Assembly (NCBI GenBank): GCA_963666985.2
Contig: CAXXIA010000001.1
Span: forward strand, 224,001-288,000
DNA: 64,000 nt
Direction: 5' to 3'
Source: Spirochaetia bacterium
GTDB taxonomy: Bacteria > Spirochaetota > Spirochaetia > DSM-2461
Shown here: piece after piece, positions 37,347 through 46,500 of the stretch
How positions within the stretch are numbered: position 1 is the first letter of the stretch
Layout of the letters: the number at the start of each line of letters is the position of its first letter
The notes under the pieces: generated by a model
What the model saw: only the letters and a program-made list of their open reading frames with translations
Told to the model about the DNA's origin: nothing
Database searches by the model: none
Program-made: the position numbers and the translations under genes

Positions 37347-38650
37347 GCCCGGAAGTAATCGGAACGATTGGTTTAGTAATTCTTGTAATACTCCTTTTTT
37401 CACGAATGTGGATAGGAGCGACAATGCTGCTGGTAGGATTTCTCGGCTGCATTTTACTCGGAGGCTTCAAGTCCGCGGCAACCCTCATCGGTATGGTGCC
37501 CTACAGCGAAAGTGCCAGTTATACAATGGCATGCCTGCCTTTGTTTGTAATGATGGGACTAATTATATCCGTAACCGGTCTTGGAGGAGATCTCTACAAG
37601 GCCGCCAGTAATTGGATAGGGCATATGAAAGGCGGTCTGGCTATCGCTACCACTCTTGCCTGCGGCGTATTTGCCGCGGTCTGCGGCGACAGCATGACTT
37701 CGGCTGTAACCATGAGCAAAGTTGCCTTTCCCGAGATGAAAAAATATAAGTATGACGATGGTCTGGCGGCGAGTTGTATTACTGCCGGCGGTACGATCGG
37801 CATTCTTATTCCGCCGAGTGTCGGTTTTATTATTTACGGTCTTATCACAGAGCAATCGATTGGCAAACTGTTTATAGCAGGTGTTATTCCCGGAATACTT
37901 CAGGTTGTATTCTATATAGTAACAATCAGTGTCCTTTGTCACATAAATCCAAAGTTGAGTACGACGGCACCGAAAGTCAACATGAAAGAACGGGTCAGTT
38001 CCCTGAAGACGGTCTGGCCGGTGCTTGTTATTTTCATAGTAATTGTCGTTGGTATTTATGGAGGAATCGTTACTCCCACGGAGGCGGCTTCTCTTGGTGC
38101 TTTCACCGCTTTGGTAGTCGGTCTGGTATTGAAAAGATTATCGAAAGATAAATTACTCTATGCAGTGAATGAAGCCGTACAGACAACGGCAATGATTTTC
38201 TTTCTTGTAATCGGTGCCCATGTTTTTACCCGGTTTATGGCATACAGTCATCTCCCCGCATCAATTGGAGAGGGTGTTATTGGGTTAAATACGATTTACC
38301 ATGTGCCCCGTTTCGCAATCATGGCGGGAATCATTCTGATGTATATCCTGCTTGGCTGCATCATGGATGTCATGGCGGCTATTTTTCTGACCTTGCCTAT
38401 TATTTATCCGGTCATTATCGGCTTAGGTTACGACCCGATTTGGTTCGGCGTTATTATGGTCAGAGTAATGGAAATCGGAATGATAACACCGCCTTTTGGA
38501 TTGAATCTTTTTATCGTTACAAGGACGAGCGGTGTTCCTATTAAAACACTCTATAAGGGAATTATGCCGTTTATTACTGCGGATATAATACATGTAATTC
38601 TTCTTCTTATTATTCCTGAGCTATCCTTATTCCTGCCCGGATTAATGTAA
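37343..38650 (+). CDS. dctM: TRAP large permease, copy 2
   Basis: LIPPS, TPTEAA, ITPPFGLN. Confidence 0.95.
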   Translation: MSPEVIGTIGLVILVILLFSRMWIGATMLLVGFLGCILLGGFKSAATLIGMVPYSESASYTMACLPLFVMMGLIISVTGLGGDLYKAASNWIGHMKGGLAIATTLACGVFAAVCGDSMTSAVTMSKVAFPEMKKYKYDDGLAASCITAGGTIGILIPPSVGFIIYGLITEQSIGKLFIAGVIPGILQVVFYIVTISVLCHINPKLSTTAPKVNMKERVSSLKTVWPVLVIFIVIVVGIYGGIVTPTEAASLGAFTALVVGLVLKRLSKDKLLYAVNEAVQTTAMIFFLVIGAHVFTRFMAYSHLPASIGEGVIGLNTIYHVPRFAIMAGIILMYILLGCIMDVMAAIFLTLPIIYPVIIGLGYDPIWFGVIMVRVMEIGMITPPFGLNLFIVTRTSGVPIKTLYKGIMPFITADIIHVILLLIIPELSLFLPGLM

Positions 38651-38663
38651 AGATTCTGCAGTT

Positions 38664-38883
38664 ATGAACAATAACGTTTTAGAGGAAAACATATGTAAAT
38701 TAAAGGTGGATTGTACGAGCAAGGATTTTTCCCTTTTCAACGACAATCTTCCTGATAATCCGGTACTAAAAGAAAGAGTAATTCTTTCGAATTCTGGAAG
38801 GCTTCGTTCGGGCGGCATACGGCAGAACATCCGGGATAATTATGGATGGTCATGCATCCATCCTCTGCAATGGATTTCGGTGA
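38664..38883 (+). pseudogene. Internally deleted PrpF remnant
   Basis: CTSKDFSLFNDNLPDNPVLKERVILS matches PrpF N-terminal GTSKGIFLNENDLPQNPVQRDKAILS; in another frame RAAYGRTSGIIMDG matches C-terminal RVAYSRTARRIMEG; same position before leuC. Confidence 0.8.
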
Positions 38884-38919
38884 AGAAATCCTGATGAAAG
38901 GGGGAATGAGGTAGAGCTA

Positions 38920-40179
38920 ATGGGTATGACCATGACAGAGAAAATACTCGCCGATCATTCGGGACAGCGGGTTGTAAAGGCCGGAGATACCGTTACATGC
39001 AGAGTAGACCGGGCGGTCCTCCATGACATGTTTTTTTCCGTAGGCGGACAGGCGGACTTGTATGTCATGAAGAAGCTTTTCAATCCCGAAAGATGTGTCG
39101 TTGTAATGGATCATGCTGTTCCGGCACCAACGGTATATGATGCGGAAGCCGGGGTGAAAATTAGAAAATTTGTCGAACGCCATGGCATTAAACACTTTTT
39201 TGATGTTGGAAATCACGGTGTGATTCATCAGATCCTGGCGGAAAAGGGACTCGCCCTGCCGGGACAGCTTATAACCTGCGGAGATTCCCATACCATGGCT
39301 TCCGGAGCTTTTAACTGTGCCTCCCGCGGCATGGGACCGGTCGATATGGTCTATGTTTTTTGTATGGGAGAAACATGGTTCCAGGTCGGACCAACCATTC
39401 TCTATAACCTTACGGGAAAACTTTCCGACATGGTTACGGGAAAGGATATCTTCCTGTACATTGCCGGAACCTATGGCGAAGTAACAAATAAGAATGTCGA
39501 GTTCGGTGGGGCGGGTATTGAAAATCTTCCTTTATCGGAAAGACAGAGCATTACGACGATGTGTGCGGAAATAAACGCCGATTTTGCCGTTTTCCCCTTT
39601 GATCGGCAGGTGGAAGACTATCTGAAGAACCGGGCTGTGGAACCGTTCTCTCCGGTAAAAAGTGATCCGGATGCCGAATATGAAGATATCCGGACTATCG
39701 ATCTCGACAAAATGGAACCGTATGTCGCTCTTCCTCATTTTATTCCGGGAAATTGTAAACCCGTGAACGAAGTTGAAGGAATGAATATCAATCAAGCAAT
39801 CATTGGTTCCTGTTCCAACGGACGCCTTCAGGATCTGAAAACTGCCGCCAGGATTGTAAAGGGAAAAAAGATAGCTCAGGGTGTGAGATTGATTATAACT
39901 CCGGCATCTCAGGCGGTTTACCGTGAAGCAATCCAGGACGGCTGTATTACCACTCTTCTTGATGCGGGAGCTGTAATTACCAACCCGACCTGCGGGGCCT
40001 GTTACGGCGGACATATGGGATTGATCGGTACCGGTGAGCGCTGTTTGGCTACAACAACCAGAAATTTTAAAGGAAGAATGGGCAGCGCCGACAGCGAGGT
40101 TATGCTTGCTTCTCCGGCAACGGTAGCCGCTTCCGCGTTAACCGGCAAAATTACCGATCCCCGTCGGATTGTGCTTTAG
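38920..40179 (+). CDS. LeuC/DmdA-like hydratase large subunit, copy 2
   Basis: Close paralogue of 20197-21462; all three Fe-S Cys present. Confidence 0.9.
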   Translation: MGMTMTEKILADHSGQRVVKAGDTVTCRVDRAVLHDMFFSVGGQADLYVMKKLFNPERCVVVMDHAVPAPTVYDAEAGVKIRKFVERHGIKHFFDVGNHGVIHQILAEKGLALPGQLITCGDSHTMASGAFNCASRGMGPVDMVYVFCMGETWFQVGPTILYNLTGKLSDMVTGKDIFLYIAGTYGEVTNKNVEFGGAGIENLPLSERQSITTMCAEINADFAVFPFDRQVEDYLKNRAVEPFSPVKSDPDAEYEDIRTIDLDKMEPYVALPHFIPGNCKPVNEVEGMNINQAIIGSCSNGRLQDLKTAARIVKGKKIAQGVRLIITPASQAVYREAIQDGCITTLLDAGAVITNPTCGACYGGHMGLIGTGERCLATTTRNFKGRMGSADSEVMLASPATVAASALTGKITDPRRIVL

Positions 40180-40191
40180 CGAGGTGATGGA

Positions 40192-40683
40192 ATGGTAATA
40201 AAAGGAAAAGTATGGAAATTCGGAGATGATATCAATACGGATTTGATTTTTCCTCATTCGGCATTCCGGGTTCCAGCGGAGGAACAGATTAAATATGTTT
40301 TCAGCGGCAACCGACCCGGATGGGCGGATGAGGTAAAGCCGACGGACATTATTGTTTCGGGACGTAATTTCGGAACAGGGTCGAGCAGACCCGGCGCGGC
40401 ACTATTTAAACGTCTACAGCTTGGTGCCCTGGTTTCCGAAAGCATCAACGGTCTTTTTTTCCGAAACTGCATCAGCTACGGTCTTCCCGCACTGCAATGT
40501 GAGGGAGTGGCTGAAGCCTTTGAGGAAGGTGATGAAGCCGAGGTGAATTTGGAAGAAGGAACGGTTGAAAATTGCAGAACAGGAAAGGTCCTTCAGGGAA
40601 TGAAACTGTCGGGTTTGATGATTGATATCATCAAGCAGGGCGGAATTGAACAACTTTTACGAAAGAATGGGTCCATTGAGTAG
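40192..40683 (+). CDS. LeuD/DmdB-like hydratase small subunit, copy 2
   Basis: INTDLIFPHSAFRV identical to copy 1; NFGTGSSRPG. Confidence 0.9.
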   Translation: MVIKGKVWKFGDDINTDLIFPHSAFRVPAEEQIKYVFSGNRPGWADEVKPTDIIVSGRNFGTGSSRPGAALFKRLQLGALVSESINGLFFRNCISYGLPALQCEGVAEAFEEGDEAEVNLEEGTVENCRTGKVLQGMKLSGLMIDIIKQGGIEQLLRKNGSIE

Positions 40684-40912
40684 GGCATCATCATAAAAAA
40701 AACACCGGAAGGATTGCTCATAAGAAGCGGCTGTGATTATGGCTGCTCGCAGGGTATCCGGCAGCCATATGGTGAGAAAATGAGTAACGGAATCCCGATT
40801 TTTTTCTTGTCGAAAACTGTGGTGGACGCCGGATGATTATAGACGCCTTAGGGCTGATATTACGCGGCAATGAATAATTCAGAGATTTGGATATAAGGAG
40901 ACGTTAAGAGTT

Positions 40913-41722
40913 ATGAAAGGCATAGAATTATATGTTTTACGGAGCGGAATTATTACCGACATGCCGAAGGAAATGCTCATAAGGACCGGTGCGCCTGTAG
41001 ATCCGACGGATGTCGTACAGCTTCCGGTTCAGAGTTATGTGATCAAACATCCTGACGGCGTGATTCTTTATGATGCGGGTCACAGCAGGGAAGAACGTTA
41101 CTTTACTCCAACTCCGGAGAAAGCGAAACCGGCATGGTCCGTACCTGAAGAGGATGAGCTGCCGAACCAGCTTTCCAGGCTCGGAATTAATCCGAAAGAA
41201 GTAAAATGTGTTATCTGTTCCCATCTTCATATTGATCATACCGGCTATCTTGAGTATTTCACCAATGCCGAAATTATTACCAGTGAAGCGGAATTTGCCC
41301 ATATGGCCCAGATGCATGCTTTGGGAACGCTCGGCTATCCCTATGTGAATAAAGATTGGGAAGAATGGCTGAAAGCAAAACTGAACTGGCATCTCGTTGA
41401 AGATAACGAAGATGATATACAGCCTTTTAAGGGATTAAGGATATTCAATTTCGGTTCCGGTCATTCCTTCGGTATGCTCGGTCTTCTGGTGGAACTGGAA
41501 AAATATGGAAATGTTCTCTTGATTTCCGATGCTCTCTACTGCAGTGACAACTTGGGGCCGCCGGTAAAGGTTCCCGGATTTCTTGAAGATTACGACGGAT
41601 TTGTACAGACGGCGGAACGGATTGTAAGGCTGTCGAAACAGTACAACGCCGAAATTTGGTACGGACATGACATGGAGCAGTTTAAAGGTCTGACGCTCAT
41701 GGATGACGGCTTTTACAGCTGA
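40913..41722 (+). CDS. MBL-fold lactonase (AttM/AiiB-like), copy 2
   Basis: SHLHIDHTG, GHSFG, SDALY, YGHD. Confidence 0.85.
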   Translation: MKGIELYVLRSGIITDMPKEMLIRTGAPVDPTDVVQLPVQSYVIKHPDGVILYDAGHSREERYFTPTPEKAKPAWSVPEEDELPNQLSRLGINPKEVKCVICSHLHIDHTGYLEYFTNAEIITSEAEFAHMAQMHALGTLGYPYVNKDWEEWLKAKLNWHLVEDNEDDIQPFKGLRIFNFGSGHSFGMLGLLVELEKYGNVLLISDALYCSDNLGPPVKVPGFLEDYDGFVQTAERIVRLSKQYNAEIWYGHDMEQFKGLTLMDDGFYS

Positions 41723-41776
41723 TTTAGTGAAATTGTATATCTGCTGAAAAATTCAAGTGTGATATCCCGTAAATAG

Positions 41777-41806
41777 CTCCGGATGGATCGATCCATCCAT
41801 CCGGAG
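41777..41806. terminator. 12-bp perfect hairpin between convergent lactonase and MATE genes
   Basis: CTCCGGATGGAT-N6-ATCCATCCGGAG; no clear U-tract. Confidence 0.55.
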
Positions 41807-41974
41807 TGTTCGAATTATGTCATTAGAACCGACTCTTTCTAAATCAACCATTCACCGGAATATACCTTAGTATTCTATGCTAATAGATGCTGATAAAAAT
41901 CAACGTATTAATTTCGTAGAGCTTGAAGCATAGCCGGAGACGAATCTTTATAAAATGTCCCTGGAATTGAACCC

Positions 41975-43348
41975 TTAGGAATTATCCAGCAGATTCCGAT
42001 TGCGCCATCCTCCGAAGCGGTAGCGGAGGAACATCGCGATGCCGAGTGAGAAAACGAATCCGATGAAGATGGACCACATTGGAATTGGAGCGATTTCAGC
42101 CGCTTTAACGGCGTACCAGGCAATGGGCGCGAAGATCCAGTGAAGACTGACTGAAATGAACATAACATATTTCGTGTCGCCGGCGCCTCTGAGCATCCCT
42201 GAGAAAACGACTTGCATCGCATCGGCAAGGACATAGATGGCCGCCATGCGGAGCATGATTTCAGCCAAAGATCGGGTTGCCTCCGGTACGGGATTCGAAA
42301 GCGGCAGGAACAGAGCGACCAGGGGTTTCGCGGCGGTTGCCAATAGGATAATCATGGATGCCGCATAACCCAAGGCGACAAGAAGCGTTAAACGCAGGGA
42401 TTTTTCGGCGGCCGGAATGTTGCGCGCGCCGACATAGCGGCCGCTTAAGGTTGTGGCCGCCAATCCCAATCCCAGCATGGGAACAAAGATCACCGTGTCG
42501 TAATTAAAGGCGATTGTAACCGCCGTGGCCGTATCGGGACCGTAAGAGTTCATGAGCTGTACGAAAAAGTTGAAGACGGCGACATTCAGAAATGATTCAA
42601 GGCCGGCCGGCGATCCGTATTCCAGCAGCAGCTTCATCAAACGTCCGTCGAAACGGAGTTCCTTATGGGTGGAATATTCGCTTCTGTAGCGGGGCGAGAG
42701 ATAAACCCCGAGCAGAATGAACATGATGGAGCCCGAGCCCACAAGAGTCCCGATGGCGGCGCCGCTCATCCCCAGGGCAGGAAGTCCGAACTTCCCGAAG
42801 ACAAGAATCCAATTGGCCGGGATGTTGATGAACATCCCGATGATGTTCGCACTCATCACCACGCGGGTTCGGCCAAGCCCGATGAAGAACCCGGCCAGAG
42901 CCATCTTCATCAGAGCGAAAACGGAACCGAACATAACAATGCGGAAATATCCGTGTTCCAATCCGATGAGTTCCGGAGTATGGCCCATGGCCTGGAAATA
43001 CAGCTTGATGAGCGGAATGGTGAGAATAACGATGGGCCAGGCGAAAAAGGCCAGCCGGGCGGATTGGGCGGTTGCCCGGGCGCAATTCGGCTTGTTTCCC
43101 GCGCCGTCGTTCTGCGCGACAACGGCGTTTACGTAGCCGATGATTCCGAGAAACAGCGACATCACCGTGTAGCTGGTCAGTCCGCCGCTCATGGCTCCCG
43201 CGATGTGCAGAGGGGTAAGCCTTGAGACGAACAGGCGGTCCACGAACATCATCACGGTTTCCGAGGCCTGGCTCACCACGATCGGCAGGGCGATGGAGAT
43301 GATATCGCCGAGGCGGGGATGGGCGCCGGAATGGGATTCGCCGTTCAT
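41975..43348 (-). CDS. MATE family efflux transporter
   Basis: ALPIVVSQ, FVDRLFV, NWILVFGKFGLPALG..GAAI, LRGAGDT; start placed at ATG 43348. Confidence 0.9.
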   Translation of the reverse strand: MNGESHSGAHPRLGDIISIALPIVVSQASETVMMFVDRLFVSRLTPLHIAGAMSGGLTSYTVMSLFLGIIGYVNAVVAQNDGAGNKPNCARATAQSARLAFFAWPIVILTIPLIKLYFQAMGHTPELIGLEHGYFRIVMFGSVFALMKMALAGFFIGLGRTRVVMSANIIGMFINIPANWILVFGKFGLPALGMSGAAIGTLVGSGSIMFILLGVYLSPRYRSEYSTHKELRFDGRLMKLLLEYGSPAGLESFLNVAVFNFFVQLMNSYGPDTATAVTIAFNYDTVIFVPMLGLGLAATTLSGRYVGARNIPAAEKSLRLTLLVALGYAASMIILLATAAKPLVALFLPLSNPVPEATRSLAEIMLRMAAIYVLADAMQVVFSGMLRGAGDTKYVMFISVSLHWIFAPIAWYAVKAAEIAPIPMWSIFIGFVFSLGIAMFLRYRFGGWRNRNLLDNS

Positions 43349-43508
43349 GGTCCGGCGATGATAGAGGTTTGAGGAGGCTTTTGGAAGGGGATGATCCCGA
43401 AGGCGGTTTTGAATCGCGTTGAAGAGGCCGCCGCTTGTTGACTGTGTATGGATTATTCGCCGCAATTGGGGAGTGGATTCCCGGCCGATCAATGATATTC
43501 TGATTTCC

Positions 43509-46500
43509 ATGACTCGGCGTATCATCGGCATCCTTCTCTTTTTAGTTTTCGCAGGTGAAGTCCTGATTGCTTTTCACGGGGATTATTCGTTTACCCGAAA
43601 ACCGTCTCTCATTGTTGCTCCCATTTACGCTCCGGGATTGGAAGCACGGGATGTGGATGAAATCCGCTCGGTTTTGGAGAGGCAAATCGCGCTTACCGGA
43701 ACGCACACGATTTATCCGAAATCGCTCATCGAGAATTTTTATTTGGAGAGGGACAACACCGTCGACGCTTTCGACGGTGTTTTTGTCGGTCATGATGAAG
43801 CTTTGGAACTGGGCGAAGCTCTCGGCGTGGAGCGCGTCGCCCTTGTTTCCATCATCAGGTATTCGGATCGGTGGAATGTTTCCATTACCATTTTTGATGT
43901 CGCGACCGATCAGAAGGTCTGTTTCGCCGTTTTGGAAACCTCAGGACTTGATTCTCTTTTGCGCTGGAGGGATCGGGATGATGCGCCGCTTGATCTTCTT
44001 TCGGCCATGGATATTTCGGTTCCCGGTTTCAGCATAAGCGCCAAGCTGTATTTGGGATGGCTGGCGATAGTTCTATGCATCGCCGCTTTTTTTATTTTGG
44101 GAGACACACCGCCGCGTATTCTCCTCGAGTGTTTGATTGCCGTCGGGGTTCTTTTGGCATTGTTCTCGTGGATTTACGCGCTGAACGGGGATATGGATTA
44201 CGTGCAGCGGTTCGTCGCGACCAGCGGACTGCTCCGAATTGAAGATACCTCTCATGAGCGAATCGCGACGGTTCTGCGTTACGCGGCGCCTCTGCTGCTG
44301 CTCGGCGCTTTGTGGGGGCTTGACGCGCGGGAACGGATTAAGCGGCGGCCGGCGGCCGGCGGCGGGGGAGTCGGAACGGGCGGCGGCACAGGTCTCGGCG
44401 GCGGGCTTCCGAGCGGGGAGGCTGCGTCGGACCGACCGGGGAAGCGACGGAACGCGGCCGCGGCTTCCGGGGTCATCCTGGAAACAACGGCGCCTCTCTG
44501 GGCCGCTTTGTCGGCTTTTCTTTATTCCCTCGCGCTTCCGAATTTTCTCGTTTTGGAAGGAATCCCCGTGCTGGCGTGGGTTGCGACGGCGCCGCTTTAT
44601 ATGGCTCTCAGAGAGGTGCGCTTCGGCCGGGGCGTGTTTTTGCTGATGCTGTTTACGGGTTTGCAGTCCCTGATGATCAATTGGTGGCAGGGGACTTTCA
44701 GTTATGTTTCTCTGCCCTTTACCGTAGCCCTGATGTTGGTTCAATACATTCCGTTTGCGCTGCTTCTGGCCATGACCGTGCGGTGTTTTCCCGCATTCGG
44801 CCTGTTGGCGGCTCCTTTGTTCTGGACGATGTTCGACTGGACGCGGTCTTTGGGCTTTCTCGGATATCCCTGGGGTTTATTGGGTGTGAGTCAGTACGCG
44901 CATCCGGCGCTGATTCAGAGCGCGGCGCTGGGCGGGGTATGGATGGTTTCGGTTTTGCCTCATCTGACGGGCGCGGCTTTGGCGGCGGCTTTGGGCCCCG
45001 GAAAGACTTCGCGGGGGACGATTCCGTCCGAGATGAAGAGGGGCATGAGCTTGCGGTCCGTACAGGAAAGAGTGAAGTGCGCTATTAATGGAAGGCCTTT
45101 GTTCCATGCGGTTCATTCGCCCCGCCGAACGGCTGCTTCTGAGGAAACGGCTGCTTTGCCGCGCCGCCATCGGACCGTTCCGGATGAAAAAGGTCTCCTG
45201 CCGCGCCCTCTTATACGGCCGGGCAAGGATGGCCCGTTTCTTCGCCGCCTCATTCTTCCGGGTGCGGCCCTTGTGGTTCTTCTTCTGATCGCTCTGGCCG
45301 GTTCCCTGACCATACGAATCAGAGATGCGCGAAAAGAGGTTCTCGCGGCGCACGGCGGCCGGACGGTCCGTATTTTGGCCGTTCAGCAGAATACCGATCC
45401 GCGCAAGCACGATTATCAGCTCAGTTTTGATGAACTCTCCAGGCTAACCGAAGAAGCCATCGCCGAAGAAGGCCCCTTCGACCTTGTGGCCTGGCCCGAG
45501 AGCGGCTTTACTCCCGATGTGCGGTTCTGGCTGGATGAAAAGCGAAGCCGCTGGAGACGCGGAAAACTCGTCCGCTCTTTTCTTGATTGGCAGGCCGAAA
45601 CGGAAGTGCCGCTTGTTACGGGCACGCAGGATCATTTCTTTGAAAAGGCGGCATCGGATAAGGGGGAACTTCAAACGCCGTCTCGGAACGGATCGGCGGG
45701 GAATCGGAAAGCTTCGACCGATCCGGCGGGATCCGCCGAACCGGAGATCGCCTCGGACAAATCGGCCGCATTGAAGAACGCCGCGGAACCCTCATCGGCC
45801 GATTTGCCGACCGTATCGGACGCCGCCAAAGCCTCGGAGGTTCCTTCCGAAACACCCCCGGCCGGCCTCGTCGATCCCGCCGCGGCAAAGAACGTCTCGG
45901 TCGAAACCGAGCCGCCCGAAGAGATTAAAAGAATCCAGAATTCAGCGATGTATCTCCCGCCGCACCGCAAAAGCGATAACGAGCGGCAGTATTATTATAA
46001 AATCCATCTGGTACCCTTCACCGAGAACTTTCCCTTTCGGGAAGAATTCCCCTGGGTGGCCGAACTGCTGCATAACTTCAGCACCACCCAATGGACCCCG
46101 GGCACCGAACACATCGTTTTTCAGGCGCCCGCGTTCCGGTTTTCCACTCCCATCTGTTTCGAAGACGTTTTCCCCGACCATCTCAGACGTTTCGCGCGTT
46201 CAGGCGCGGAGGTTTTCGTGAACATGAGCAACGACTACTGGGCCAACACGCCGCTTGAAGGATACCAGCATGCCGCTCACGCCGTATTCAGGACCGTGGA
46301 GAATCGCCGCCCGCTCATTCGCGCCACCTGTTCCGGCTGGACCATTTCGGTGGACACCGAAGGCCGAATCGCACCGGACCGGCCGGACTTCTATACGCCG
46401 GGCCGAATTTCAGCGGACTTCCTTCTGCCCTCAGAACCGGAACTCACCCTCTACGGACGCTGGGGCGACTGGTTCCCCATCCTCTGCGGTGTTCTTTGGC

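Noticed and set aside
40684..40912. Possible remnant of an ICL-family lyase between leuD2 and lactonase 2
   Set aside because: The position fits block A synteny but similarity by eye is too weak; needs tblastn
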